Below, in pieces: positions 1-11,400 of a DNA stretch of 64,000 bases. Each line of letters starts with the position of its first letter. Position 1 is the first letter of the stretch. The DNA is from a virus: the IMG/VR virus record IMGVR_UViG_3300045581_000900, positions 47,940-111,939 of that record; one strand, written 5' to 3'. The notes under the pieces were generated by a model. The model was not told the origin of the DNA. It searched no databases and saw only the letters and a list, made by a program, of their open reading frames with translations. A program made the position numbers and the translations under genes.

Positions 1-1715
1 AGAATCTGCTTCACGTCAAAATCAGCCAGACTGCCAGCTTCGAGCCGCTTTCGCAGCACGGACTGAATCATGCCCGGCGAATCGACAAGGTTCGGGGCCA
101 ACTCGGAAATCTCGTTAAACGCCATGGCCACGTCTTGCGGATCATAGCCCGAGATTACAGGGTCATTAAGCACAAGGTCGTGCAGGACGCCCTTGGCCCG
201 AATCGTTTTCAATGCCTGCTCGTGATCGGCATCGGTGAGCGATTGAAAGTGTTCTTTTGTCTTGTCTTTCTTGCCGTCACCATGCAGCATCTTGCCGATC
301 TGCCCAGTCACGCCTTCTTGGCTCGCACCGATTAAACCGCCGACCATTTTCACTGGCGTTGTAATACCAATTTTGTTGTCTTTCAGTATCGAGTTTAATC
401 CGCCAGACGTGTCCTTCGCGACTTGTTTTCCTCCGGCGAGTAACGCGTTGATCGGGTCCTTGGTAGCCTGACTTATCTGTGTAAACGGATTTTTTGGCTC
501 CGGGACGCTATCGCGGGTTGCTCTTCCGTCGGCGACTCTTTTTTCATGCTCCGCAATGCTGTCGTCCCACGGTTTAAAAAGCTCGTCGACATATTCTTCG
601 GTGCTTTGTTCGCCACGAGCCGCTTCTTCGCGGTCCAGTTTTTTGTCGATGGACTTGGTGCTGGTCAGCGGCGGCGAATCCTTTGAGCCAGCGAAATCCC
701 GGGCGGTGAACGACGTGCGACCGGCGAACGGGTCGGTAGGCATTAAGCCGCCTGTTAAGTACGGTTCTTGCAGAGCTTTGCGGGTTTTTGCGGCCTGCAC
801 GCGGGCGTCAAGTCCGCCGGCTTCTTTTAACGTCAGTGGTTCGTCAGCGGGATTGTGCAAGATAGAGCCTGTAATAAACTCTGGTGCTTCTTTCTTACCA
901 AATCCCGCATCAGCTTTTTTTGTGGCTACCCGGCTCTGTGCCTCGTTGTAGTGCTCAACGGTGCCAATCACGTCTTCCACAAGCTTGTACAGCGGGTCAT
1001 GCCCGTAGTGGTTCTTGCCGCTGTCTGCCTGCTTCGTAAAGTGCGGGTACACCGCGGCGATCTTTTGCAGGACGCTCACGCCGCTGGGACCAAGCCGCAA
1101 GCCGACCTCACGCAGGGCGTCTCCAAACGGCATATTGCCGGGCGTGCGGAAATACGTATTTAACTCTTCAAGGCTGTTCGCGGCTTTCTGATATGCCGCG
1201 GCGGCTTGCCGCCGCGTTTCTTCTGCCGCACGCAGTGCGGCATTTTTTTCGCTTTGGGCCCGCATTACAGCCGCGTGCTCGTCACGCGGTGGCGGGGTCC
1301 ATGTCTTCTCGGGCAGAGCCACACCGGCACTCGCGGCCTTCTGCATCGCGTCCCGGCGGCGGTTTAAAAAGCCAGACGGCGGTACTGCATACTCGGTCGA
1401 GACGAGTTCGGACCGTTTCAGTTCCGCAGATGTCTTCACGTTCTCGGGGTACAGGGCTTCAAGAATCACGCGAACGTCAGCCAACGGAAACTCAGCCGCC
1501 TTTTCCAGCGTGTTTTCGCCGCCTTCTCGCTGCTTTGTCGTCCGGCCGGTGTTATAGGCATGCACCATCAGGTTAACGTGCCCGGACGGAATATTGGCGT
1601 CGCTGGCACTCTTGATAATCGCGTCATTGGGGCTCATGCCTTCGTTAACAAGCGAGGCGGCCTTCTCAATGGCGGAGATTAGCTTCCGCTCGGCTTCCTT
1701 GGTGAGTGTACGCAT
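1..1715 (-). CDS. Hypothetical probable virion protein, truncated by the left edge (absent from ORF track)
   Basis: ATG at 1715 just after the upstream stop. Reads MRTLTKEAERKLISAIEKAAS...EKAAEFPLAD, and the same frame reads ...NDPVISGYDPQDVAMAFNEISELAP... near base 1. Middle not checked codon by codon. Confidence 0.8.
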   Translation of the reverse strand, partial: MRTLTKEAERKLISAIEKAASLVNEGMSPNDAIIKSASDANIPSGHVNLMVHAYNTGRTTKQREGGENTLEKAAEFPLADVRVILEALYPENVKTSAELKRSELVSTEYAVPPSGFLNRRRDAMQKAASAGVALPEKTWTPPPRDEHAAVMRAQSEKNAALRAAEETRRQAAAAYQKAANSLEELNTYFRTPGNMPFGDALREVGLRLGPSGVSVLQKIAAVYPHFTKQADSGKNHYGHDPLYKLVEDVIGTVEHYNEAQSRVATKKADAGFGKKEAPEFITGSILHNPADEPLTLKEAGGLDARVQAAKTRKALQEPYLTGGLMPTDPFAGRTSFTARDFAGSKDSPPLTSTKSIDKKLDREEAARGEQSTEEYVDELFKPWDDSIAEHEKRVADGRATRDSVPEPKNPFTQISQATKDPINALLAGGKQVAKDTSGGLNSILKDNKIGITTPVKMVGGLIGASQEGVTGQIGKMLHGDGKKDKTKEHFQSLTDADHEQALKTIRAKGVLHDLVLNDPVISGYDPQDVAMAFNEISELAPNLVDSPGMIQSVLRKRLEAGSLADFDVKQI

Positions 1716-1716
1716 T

Positions 1717-2649
1717 TCATTCTCCCGGAAAATCTAGTTTAGATATTTCTTCGGCGGAAGCGTCGAGGGTGCCGCCGGCGGCAAGAATCATCATTTCATC
1801 GCCGCGTAATTCTGCCGCTTGTCCATCAAAGGGTAACATTTTTGACCCCTCTGAATCCAGTTTCGTCCCAACTTTAAACGGCAACCCGACCAGCATCTGC
1901 CCAATATTGTCAATAATTGAGTGCTGAGCCTTGGTGGCGTTGTCGGTTGTACGTTCAATTTCAACGTATTTCACAAACGCTTCAATCAGCGGCAATTGCG
2001 TGTGACTGTTCACTGGGATGGTCACCGCCGCAAGGGCCGCCTTGTATTTCATGGTGTTGATGGCGAAATCCTGCAGGAATCCGCCGACTTCGTCAGCCGA
2101 CGTCGGTTTGGGCACGCTCGGGCCGCGATTGATCGCCGCATCAAGGGCGTATTCCCCGCCCTGCAGGCCGATCATCTTCCAGAGCAGGTCGTAATGCCGC
2201 TCGCTTAATCCCCGGGTCACAGCGTCGGCCAGAATGACGCCCTGTATGTAATCCGGGCGGTTGAGTTTTTCCCGCACGTCGAAAAAAACGTTTATGTAAG
2301 CCTCCACGACACCGACCTCGGTGCCCATTTTCTCCGCGATAGCCTCGTCGGTCTCGCCGGCCAAGACGCGGGCTTCTAGTGCCCACCGCATCTGGTTCTT
2401 GTCTTCGGACCAGATAGAGTACGCCCAGAACATGTCCGGGTCGCGGAGCATGACGTTGTATAAAGCGTCCTGCCGCCCAGCGGCCCGCTCTACGCGGCGT
2501 TTCGTCCGCAGAGCCCGCCGAATCCATGTAAAGCCTTCGGGGCCGTCAAGGCGTCGTGTTGTTTTTTGACCACCCGCGTCGATTTCACAGGCACGGGCCC
2601 AACGCCAGTGCGGAAATCGCTTGTTGTAGTCTTTGCAGGACTTAAGCAT
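1717..2649 (-). CDS. Hypothetical protein (310 aa)
   Basis: Long ORF tightly packed in the - strand operon. Confidence 0.8.
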   Translation of the reverse strand: MLKSCKDYNKRFPHWRWARACEIDAGGQKTTRRLDGPEGFTWIRRALRTKRRVERAAGRQDALYNVMLRDPDMFWAYSIWSEDKNQMRWALEARVLAGETDEAIAEKMGTEVGVVEAYINVFFDVREKLNRPDYIQGVILADAVTRGLSERHYDLLWKMIGLQGGEYALDAAINRGPSVPKPTSADEVGGFLQDFAINTMKYKAALAAVTIPVNSHTQLPLIEAFVKYVEIERTTDNATKAQHSIIDNIGQMLVGLPFKVGTKLDSEGSKMLPFDGQAAELRGDEMMILAAGGTLDASAEEISKLDFPGE

Positions 2650-2652
2650 GCG

Positions 2653-3042
2653 TTACCGCAGGGTCGGGGTGTCCACCGTGACCGAGAACACGTAGTTCTT
2701 CGTGCCTGTGCCAGCCGGCGTAATTTTCAGATATAAATACCGCACGGGCGTCGAGGGCTTGCCGTCCCGGTTCAGATACGACAGGTTTAAGTCCTCGTCA
2801 GCCGGCGTGGCCTGATCAAATGAAAGCAGCTTGAACGCGGCTTCGGGCAGCGTGCTGTTTGGGGCCTCGTCCCGCTTGCTGGTATACAACGTCGCGGTGA
2901 AATCGCCCGTGGCTCCGCCAGCGGCTTCTACAAGGCTGTAGCCCTTCAAAATACCGCGGTGCGGCATCGGGATATCAATAACCGACGCCTCGCCGGCGGG
3001 AACAGTAAACGACTTGCTACCAGACCAAACTGTGCTCGGCAT
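2653..3042 (-). CDS. Hypothetical small beta-rich protein, possibly structural
   Basis: ORF packing; alternating beta-strand pattern. Confidence 0.7.
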   Translation of the reverse strand: MPSTVWSGSKSFTVPAGEASVIDIPMPHRGILKGYSLVEAAGGATGDFTATLYTSKRDEAPNSTLPEAAFKLLSFDQATPADEDLNLSYLNRDGKPSTPVRYLYLKITPAGTGTKNYVFSVTVDTPTLR

Positions 3043-3051
3043 AATTCACCT

Positions 3052-5478
3052 TTAAATGTTAGCGGAAGGCCCAAGATCGACATCGCCGGCCGACTCCTCG
3101 GGGAACGGCTCGATGGTCTTCTGCTTGAGGAAGAGGATCACGTCGCCCAACATCTCGAACGCGTTGCGGAGCGAATCTTCCAGTTCCGGCATATCGGCCT
3201 TGCCGTAGCGATCGGCGAACCGGTCGCCATGCCAATAGAACATGAACAGGATGCGGCCCAGCTTGTCGAGACCCTTGGTAAGCTCACCCATGTAGCGGTC
3301 CACAAGGCCGTCATCCCGCACGGCCCGAAGCATGGTGCCGATCATGGCGGTGTCAAACACCTCACGCTGGCCAGTTTGGGCCGCCTGCATCACCTGCTGC
3401 ACGGCACCCTGATCCAGTTGCGTGTTGGGGTTGTACACGCTGCGATCCGTCTGGCTAGCCGACATACCCGGCACGGGCACACCGACGTCGATGCCAAGCT
3501 GCGTGGGGACGCTCGTCCCCATGATGGTCTCGCCGCCCATGACCGGCCCCGGGTCTGCCGGGGCTGTGGGGGCGTTCTGGATCATCATCGGCGAGCCATA
3601 CGGGTTTGCGTACTTCACGTGGCAGGCAAACTTCCGCTTAGCCTTGGCACGCGAAAGAATTTCGCGTGCATTTTTTTCGCGAAGGCCGTGCTTGGCGACC
3701 AGCGAAACAAGGGCTTGCTTCTCCGAAAGCTCCTTCTCGATCAGTTGTTGCTTCGGGCTGTGAATCTCGACGGCCGTGCCGTTGTGATACACCGTCAGGC
3801 TCGACAGCTTCTGCATGATTACAAGCTGGGCGTCAGCCAGATTGCCCGGCATCAGCGGCGGATTGTCGCTCTCGCCGCAGCCGCAGGAGCCCTGACCGCC
3901 CTCAGCCGCGTCGGCCACATCGTCTTCGCCCGGAGCACACTTTAAGAGCTTATACGTGCTCGGCACGAAGATGTCGCCCATGCTGGAGCGGATCGAGCCG
4001 CCGCCCTTGGCGTTTAAATGAATTCTGACGCCGTCGCGGTACTTGTCGTAGTTCAGCGGGTCGGTGTAGCAGCAGGGCGAAATTGAGCCCTTGGGCGGGA
4101 ACTTGGAGTGATCCTCCATGTGAACTTCGTAGGCATTTCCGCCGAACTCAGTCTCGCCGTACTCACGAATCACGCGGAACGGCACCGTGGTATCGCCCGA
4201 CTTGCAAATCGCCATGTACCGGCCGTTTTTGGAGAGACTGGTGGCGTCAGGCAGGCCGTTGAGCCATGTATCAAATTCGTCGCCTTCCACGCGGGAGAAG
4301 CAGAATACGTGGTCGGCACGGGTGTTGATCCACTCAGGCCTGCCTTCGGTACGGACGACGGTCACAAAGTCAGACCGCTTGGCGGGCCCTTGTGGATATA
4401 CCGCGACGTAGCACTTTTCGATCTCGCCCGGCTTGACTAGCACCATGTACAGGCCGCTCTGGGTGGGATTGAACAGTTTTTGCTCAACCTGAATCTGGTA
4501 CGGCACCGAGACGTTATCCCGATCCCGCTGGTCGAGAATAAGCACGCCATCCCGCAGCAGCTTTTCTTGGTCTTCCTCGGTATGCCCGGGCGGAAGAGCC
4601 GTCTGCGTCGTGGCGTCGTACGTAATGACTTTCAGCGTCTCTTTCGCCTTGGGCGTCTCCGGGGCGTCAGAAAGCACGCTGGCGATCTTAGTCGCGTTCT
4701 GGCGGGCACTGGCGGCACTGATAGCCTCGCTAATAACGTCTAAACCGTGGAATTCGTCAATCGCCTGAGCCAGATGCGGGGCGTACTGGCAGGTTTTAAC
4801 AAGAGCCGAAATCGTATCCATTCCGGCCTGCTTGAGAAACGCCTTGAGGTTCAGCTTGTGGCCGAGTTCTTCAAACGCCAGCTTCGTGTTCATCGTGGCG
4901 GTCTTGGCCAGTGTCGGCATCACCGCGGTCATCATCTCCTTCAGCGTCGGTTGGGCCGAGCCGAACTTGGCGGGGCTGCGGGAAAGCTGCGTAAAATCAG
5001 GCTGCCGCTGGCCGAACTGGGTGAGATTCTTATCAATGCCGCTGCCCAGAATGCTGGGCTTGCGGTTGACGAGATAGTTGACCCAGTTTTCCTTGAGCGG
5101 GACGAACATATCCTGATTCTTGATATACAGGAGTTCGTGGCCTTTGAGGTCGCCGTTCAGGAAGAAAACCGGGGCATACAGCCACATGGAGCCGACCTTG
5201 AACGCAAAAACACCGACAGCCTTGGTGTTTTCCCGATTGCGGTCGAGAAGTTGAAAGCCGATCTCGTGGTCCAAAAGCTTCGGAGCAGAATCCCGAAGAT
5301 AGGCGTGGGCCAGATTAGAAAAAGCCTGTTCAAACGCCACGTCGTCACCGCGGCCACCAATCTCGGCGGTTTTAGTGCGGTCGTGAGACCGGACGACGTT
5401 TAACCAATGCTTCCACGAGGCTTCTTTTGACTTTTTATTAAACACAGAGCCACCTCCATGCGGCAGATATTGAACCAA
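3052..5478 (-). CDS. Large probable virion/internal head protein with multiple K-x-A motifs (start may be GTG ~5445 after GGAGG)
   Basis: 808 aa ORF; TKTAE, LAKTA, TKLAF, LKQAG, TKIAS, VKYAN. Confidence 0.75.
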   Translation of the reverse strand: MVQYLPHGGGSVFNKKSKEASWKHWLNVVRSHDRTKTAEIGGRGDDVAFEQAFSNLAHAYLRDSAPKLLDHEIGFQLLDRNRENTKAVGVFAFKVGSMWLYAPVFFLNGDLKGHELLYIKNQDMFVPLKENWVNYLVNRKPSILGSGIDKNLTQFGQRQPDFTQLSRSPAKFGSAQPTLKEMMTAVMPTLAKTATMNTKLAFEELGHKLNLKAFLKQAGMDTISALVKTCQYAPHLAQAIDEFHGLDVISEAISAASARQNATKIASVLSDAPETPKAKETLKVITYDATTQTALPPGHTEEDQEKLLRDGVLILDQRDRDNVSVPYQIQVEQKLFNPTQSGLYMVLVKPGEIEKCYVAVYPQGPAKRSDFVTVVRTEGRPEWINTRADHVFCFSRVEGDEFDTWLNGLPDATSLSKNGRYMAICKSGDTTVPFRVIREYGETEFGGNAYEVHMEDHSKFPPKGSISPCCYTDPLNYDKYRDGVRIHLNAKGGGSIRSSMGDIFVPSTYKLLKCAPGEDDVADAAEGGQGSCGCGESDNPPLMPGNLADAQLVIMQKLSSLTVYHNGTAVEIHSPKQQLIEKELSEKQALVSLVAKHGLREKNAREILSRAKAKRKFACHVKYANPYGSPMMIQNAPTAPADPGPVMGGETIMGTSVPTQLGIDVGVPVPGMSASQTDRSVYNPNTQLDQGAVQQVMQAAQTGQREVFDTAMIGTMLRAVRDDGLVDRYMGELTKGLDKLGRILFMFYWHGDRFADRYGKADMPELEDSLRNAFEMLGDVILFLKQKTIEPFPEESAGDVDLGPSANI

Positions 5479-5490
5479 TCCCTTATCAAT

Positions 5491-7464
5491 TTACAGTGTT
5501 TTAGGCGGCGAGCCTAGAGGACCCGGCAGTGGACTTGCGGGGGACATGCGGGGTACTTGCGGGGTACTTGGGGGGTACTTGGGGGCTGGCTCCGGTTTCC
5601 AGCCGCTTGTTGTGCCAGAAACGCCGAATTGTTCGCCGCGGGCCAAAGCCGGCACATAGCTGCTCCCGGACGTATCACTGGCACGGCCGCGGTGCACGCT
5701 ATTAAGAAATCCGCGTTCCTGATACGACCCGAGCATTCTTGTCATCCAGTCGGGGTCGTTGGAGATATTCGCCATGCCACGAACCATTTCAGATTCAAAC
5801 GGCGGCGGTTCTTTGTGGGCTTGGATGTTTGTAATTCCGTACTTCTTCAGATTATCGGCCACGCTTTTTGTAATCTTCGTTCCGATCGAGTAATGCAGGG
5901 CGGGTTCTTCCAGATAGTGATTTGAAAGTGTCGCCGGGTTGCCCGCAATGGCCCCGTCTCTGGGTTTCCACGATCGTTCCAGCATGGAATACGGCACAAT
6001 GTCGTCCGGGGCGTAATCGCCGTACTCGTCATTGAGCCGCACATGATTAATCAAGCCGCGAGCGACCAGTTCGATATTCCGGCGGTGAGCGGTAATGCCT
6101 GAGTTCTTCAATACATCACGCATGGCAGAAACGAAATATCGCCGGCCCTCGCCGACGCCTTTGTGCCTGACGATCTCCGCCGGGTTGGGCATGCCATCAG
6201 ACAGCACGTCGCCGGCTTCGAGCATGTCGCCTTTCTTGACAGAGACCACGCGGTCAGCAGGGACGTAGTGCTCTTCGCCGTCCACCACGACGTACGAACC
6301 GCCTTGAGCCGCCGGGCGAATTTCCTGCACCCGGCCCTCTCGCTGGGCATGTGTGGCCCCGTCGGGATATTTCTTGGGCACCTGCACCAGAGCGTTAATA
6401 GCCTTGAAGCCGCCAATAGACTTGGCCCCGCCGACACCGCCGGAGTGCTTTGAACTAAGCTGAGACTGGCTGACCGGCTCCGAGAGAGCTTGAGCCGCGG
6501 CCACGCCCACATAGTCGCCTACGGGCGGCAAACGGCCCTTTTCGCGGTAGCCGACGTCTTTGGCGTACACGCCGCCGTCTTCAGGGCCGCCCACCGTCGG
6601 GCTGCGGACAAGGATGTCTTTGACGCCCATCTCTTTAAGGTCTTTGAGAATCTTGGGCGTGAGCAGCGTGTTTCGCTTGTAGGGGCCGATCGGGCGGGCC
6701 AGAAACGCCCCTTCGTTGTCGGGATCGTCCACATCGGAGGGCATACCGCGGTTCGAGGCTGTGGTCGCTCGCTCTTCGTCATCATCGTCGTCTGCCGTTA
6801 CAAGCAGGCGGTGAGCCATCTGCGTAAGCTGCTTGCCGTAGAAGCCGGCGTCGGCCGTGGCTGTTTTGACGTCAATGACGCCCTTGCGGGTGCCGAAGCT
6901 CGCGGCGAAGTATTCCGCCGGCGTTAAGCCTCGCCCGTAAGACCGCAGCACCGGCAGCGGAATCGGCTCGTCCTTGTGGTCGACGTACTGCAAATCGGCA
7001 CCGATCAACGAGTTCAGCGTAAACTTATTGCCGGACCCGCCGCCCAACACCTGCTGCACCAGCGGGTTATTGTTCTCTAACGCCTCGTTGTAAACATCGT
7101 CGATGAGTTTCTTCTGCGTATCTGCCGCCAACTGCAGAATCTTTAGCTGCCGCTCTTTTTCCGGCATGTTCGGCGTGGCCATGATGCCGCGGAGCTTTTT
7201 ACGCACGTCAAGTTCCGCCCGGCGGCTGGCAAACGTGGGCTTGATGTCTTTTAAGCCCATCGACAAACCGCCAGTCGAATACGCCACGTCGCGGGAGACG
7301 TCATGAATCTTCTTCATGACTTCGCGGTACTTGTCCGGGTGCCGCTTTGCTAGGTCCGTCGCCAGCGAGCCCATATTTTTCTTGTCGAGCACGCGGTTGT
7401 AATCCCGCATGTCTTCAGGCAGAGCTTCGTTGATGAGCAGTTGGCCTAGCGTCGTTTTTAACAC
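5491..7464 (-). CDS. rpoC: DNA-directed RNA polymerase beta-prime subunit, C-terminal part
   Basis: Starts at KTTLGQLL (=TTVGR); bridge helix GTRKGVIDVKTATADAGFYGKQL; trigger loop VGVAAAQALSEPVSQSQLSSKHSGG; AHRRNIELVAR. Confidence 0.93.
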   Translation of the reverse strand: MLKTTLGQLLINEALPEDMRDYNRVLDKKNMGSLATDLAKRHPDKYREVMKKIHDVSRDVAYSTGGLSMGLKDIKPTFASRRAELDVRKKLRGIMATPNMPEKERQLKILQLAADTQKKLIDDVYNEALENNNPLVQQVLGGGSGNKFTLNSLIGADLQYVDHKDEPIPLPVLRSYGRGLTPAEYFAASFGTRKGVIDVKTATADAGFYGKQLTQMAHRLLVTADDDDDEERATTASNRGMPSDVDDPDNEGAFLARPIGPYKRNTLLTPKILKDLKEMGVKDILVRSPTVGGPEDGGVYAKDVGYREKGRLPPVGDYVGVAAAQALSEPVSQSQLSSKHSGGVGGAKSIGGFKAINALVQVPKKYPDGATHAQREGRVQEIRPAAQGGSYVVVDGEEHYVPADRVVSVKKGDMLEAGDVLSDGMPNPAEIVRHKGVGEGRRYFVSAMRDVLKNSGITAHRRNIELVARGLINHVRLNDEYGDYAPDDIVPYSMLERSWKPRDGAIAGNPATLSNHYLEEPALHYSIGTKITKSVADNLKKYGITNIQAHKEPPPFESEMVRGMANISNDPDWMTRMLGSYQERGFLNSVHRGRASDTSGSSYVPALARGEQFGVSGTTSGWKPEPAPKYPPSTPQVPRMSPASPLPGPLGSPPKTL

Positions 7465-7473
7465 GGCAATTCA

Positions 7474-7698
7474 TTAGTTTTTTGGCGGCGGAGGAAGTTC
7501 ATTCACTGTCGGGGCCGGCGTGGTAACGCCGGCCATTTTTAACACCGTAGCAAAGTCATTGTCGCCGACAGCGGAATACACAATCCCCTCTGCCACGTGA
7601 GTTGCGACAAAGATCGGGTTCTTTAGGTCGTCTTCAATGACAACCGTATGAGCCTTCGTCTCTGCCGGAATTAAATTATGCTGCGTTTTAACCAGCAT
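7474..7698 (-). CDS. Hypothetical protein (74 aa) between the RNAP genes
   Basis: Overlaps upstream stop; operon packing. Confidence 0.7.
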   Translation of the reverse strand: MLVKTQHNLIPAETKAHTVVIEDDLKNPIFVATHVAEGIVYSAVGDNDFATVLKMAGVTTPAPTVNELPPPPKN

Positions 7699-8404
7699 GA
7701 TTCGTCAAACTCCGGCACAGGGCGGCGACGGCACTTGCTTTCGTTTGAAGATCGAACGTTTCTGGCGTCGACGGGGTTGAAGACACACTGGGATCAATCG
7801 GCCGCCCGATAGAGCGGGCAGCGTGCGTATCTACCGCGTCCCACCAGTTGGCCATCTTCGGGGCACCGGCGTCGGGCGGCATAGGAGCACCGCCAGCCGC
7901 GGCCGGATCACCGCCCGGCGGAGCCGCAGGCGGAGGAGCCATTGGACCGCCGGGAAGGGCGGTTTCCGCCGGCGGAGCACCGGTTGTGCCGGGCGGCAGC
8001 ACCAGCGATTCAGGAGCAACCTGCACGCCCATCGCGTTCATGATCGCCGTAAGTTGCTGCTGCATGTTGTAAAGCCGGTAATCGAGCATTTGCATCATCT
8101 GCTCAGGCTTAAGTTTCTGACCGCCTGCGGCACCACCAGCGGGAGCCGGGGCTGGCTGTGCGGGCGGCAGAGCACCCAGCATCGACGGGTCCATCATTCC
8201 CGGCGGAACAGCACCGCCAGCCGCCGCAGGGTCGCCAGCCGGAGGAGCCGCACCCATCGCTGCCTGCATCGGGTCAGCGGGCGGAACAGCACCTTGAGCC
8301 GCGGCAGCCGGGTCCATACCGCCACCGGGAGGCACCACAGCCGACTTTTCAAACAGAGCCCGCTTGGCGAGCGATAACAATTCGGGATTTACCGTATAGG
8401 ACAT
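7688..8404 (-). CDS. Pro/Gly/Ala-rich low-complexity protein with a central helical segment
   Basis: GGAGG SD; EKSA and PKMA motifs; central KLKPEQMMQMLDYRLYNMQQQL. Confidence 0.8.
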   Translation of the reverse strand: MSYTVNPELLSLAKRALFEKSAVVPPGGGMDPAAAAQGAVPPADPMQAAMGAAPPAGDPAAAGGAVPPGMMDPSMLGALPPAQPAPAPAGGAAGGQKLKPEQMMQMLDYRLYNMQQQLTAIMNAMGVQVAPESLVLPPGTTGAPPAETALPGGPMAPPPAAPPGGDPAAAGGAPMPPDAGAPKMANWWDAVDTHAARSIGRPIDPSVSSTPSTPETFDLQTKASAVAALCRSLTNHAG

Positions 8405-8427
8405 GACTACCTCCGTGTAATATCAAG

Positions 8428-11400
8428 TCAAGGCTTATCTTCTACGATGTGAACCGGCGTGTCCACATCAATCTCGCCGCGTCGGTACGCCGCGAGAGCG
8501 TCCTTTTTGCTGCGGTAGACCCGTGGCTTGGAGCGGTTGTTCATTTTGCTGGAAGCTAAGTATACACCAGTCTGGTAATCTTTATTCGGCACATAATGGG
8601 CTTTGAAGTTCGCCGTGGCAAAAAGGTTCTTGCTCGGCAGCATCTTTTCCACGGCTTCTTTTGCCGCTTCTTCGGTACTGGGGACGTGGTACTGCATGGC
8701 GTCCCCGTCGAAATCAGCCCCGAAACCCTTGGTAATTACCGGATTTACTTCCATAACTTTGTTTTTAGTCAGCCGCGGATAAAACGCCATCACGCCGTAG
8801 CGGTGCAGCACAGGAGCCCGGTTGATCACAATGGGCTTGGCGTTCATCTGCGTGTTTAACTCGTCAAAAGCGGCTTTATTTTTGTCTTCTACAGCCCGCA
8901 GGGCGTTCATTCGGGGCATTCCGCGGCGGACGAGGCCCCGGACGACGAACGGCTTGTAAATCTCCCACGCTTTTTCCTCGGGGAGAGCGACTTCGTCCAT
9001 GTCGAGGTCGGGATTCGGGGTAATCACCGCCCGCCCCACAAGGTCGACGGTGCTGGAGAGCAGTTTTCGCTGCATGGTGCCGAATTTGGGGCTGTCGCCG
9101 AAAATTTTCGACAAGAAACCGCGGACGTTACGTTCGACGTTCTTGGGGTGCTGCGGATCACCAAGACCCGTCACGGCTTTCATCGAGTCATACAGAGATA
9201 AACGCTCGTTACCATAATCGGCAAACGTCCCGGAGGCTTCTTTTAAGACGTTATTGGAGTCGAGCAGTTCTTTGTAGAGATAATTCGCGTCATCCACGAG
9301 CGGGAGTTTCTTGGAGCCCATAGTCGAAACAGGGCGGAAAGCCGGCGGCAGCACACCCACTTTCGTGAGCATCCAGTCTTTCGGGTGCACGTTGGTTGTT
9401 TCGGCACCTTTTAAAAAGCCCAACCGGCGAACAGCGGCGTCTCGAACTGTCTTGCGGCCTGATTTGATGTCTTCGCGAGCCTGCTCAATTGCCTTCGGCA
9501 GATTAATGCTCTTCAACGCATCATGAATGGCCGCAGGTCCCGTTTTGTCGCCTAACTTGTCTTGGCCGGCCAGAATGCCGCGGAATTGCTTTTCGGTAAG
9601 CCCAAGAACGCGGCGAATGGGTTCTTCCATGATCGGGTTGGGCATCGGCTCGTGTAACGTGATCTTCGCCCACCGATTGCCGCCATGACCGCCCGTAAGC
9701 GTCTCATCGAACAAGCCGCCTTTGATGGGCTTGAGATTGCCTTTCCAGTCGACGGTCTCGGCACTGGTGATTTCACGCTCGCCGGCTAGTTCGTCGACGG
9801 ATTTGTCTGTTAAAGCCATGATGTGCGTCTTAGTTCCCGTACGCACTGTATTCACGCCAGACGCCCGCAGTTGATTCACAAACTTTTCGTAGACGTGCGG
9901 AACTTTGGGGAGCGGCGGGTCGTAACCGGCCATGAATTGCGTCCAGTACTCAGGATTAGCTTGGCCGCGTACCATCTTGGAGTCGCGAACTACTTTGCCG
10001 GCACCGTGGGAAAGCAAAGCTCCCAGTTCGAGCATGCCGACGCGTTTAGCCCCTTCTGATCCGCCCTTGGCTGGTGTGCCTTCGGCTGTATAGCCGCCGG
10101 TCGAGCGTCCTTGGCCCTTGGATTCGGCCGTGTGATGGAGTTTCATGAAGAACCGGTGGCCCGTTAAGATTCCCTTGATCTTCCGGCCAGATTCGGGGTC
10201 AGTCAGGTCTTCCGTGTCAGAGAGCCCGTGTTTGGCAAGTTCCTGCTGGGCGAACTCAATTAAGTCCTTCTGGTCGTCGAAATCTTTGATCTTGAACGGC
10301 TGCCCGGTCTTAGCCGCGACTTTGCCCAGTGCCGCCTCAACGATCTGGGCGGGGTTTACACGGCTAATAAGTCCGAGGGGGCTGACCAGTATCTCCATCG
10401 GGTTTCCGTCTTTATCGGTCGGCATCTGCTGATCTGGGACGATTTCAGATACCACGCCCTTGTCGCCGAATCTGCCGGTGATCTTGTCGCCCACTTCCAT
10501 CTGGGCTTTTGATTTCACGACAACCGAAACACCCTTCTTGGTGTGCTCGACGTCCGTAACAATCCCGGGAGAGTGGTGCTCCCACGTCAGAGTCTCGTTC
10601 GCAAACGCACCGCCGCGGCCTCGATGCACCTTGCCGTATACCTGTTCGCGTTTCTTGGCCACGAGAACGAGCGGGTCACCGAAGTTCACAACGGTGCCTT
10701 TCTTGATCGCCCCGTTGTCGTCGAAGCTCTCCAGCATCTTCTTGTCGTACTCGGACGGGAACAACGACATGAACGCCTTTTTGCCGACGTGGGTGTTGTC
10801 GTCCCACTCGGCTTCGTGCTGATACATGTGCTGGCTGGTAAGTCTCTTGGCCGCAGACTCAGAGATCACCACGGCGTCTTCGTAGTTTCTTCCGCGGAAC
10901 GGCAGATAGCCCACGCGAAGGTTTAATCCAAGAGCCGCGGAGCCGTTCTTATCGGTAAAGTTGGACGTGGCAATAAGCTGCCCGGGCTTGATAGTGTCGC
11001 CGGGCTGCACAGTCGGCGTCTGTGTCCAGAACGTCTTCCGATTGAACGGCATGTCGTTATACAAGTCGATAGTCTGCTTTTTGCCGTCTTGATCGCGAAT
11101 GATGATCTCGTCTGGCGTAATAGCTTCGACCTTGCCGGCAAACTGTGATTTAATCGCTCCCAGTTTCTCGCCCATCTCGTCTTCGTGCGAGGTGCCGGGC
11201 AGGTCGGCTTTTTCCGACTGCACAAACGGTGACTCGGCGTTTTCCAGCGGGAGAGCCTGTGTAAACATACGGCTGCCCATGATGACACGCTGGCCCTTTA
11301 CCATGGACTTCATCGGCACCATGTTTGTGAGAGCCGAGAACGTGCTGTCCATGTTGGGTACGGTGTACTGGGCGTCTTTTTTGGGCACGTACTTAATCTT

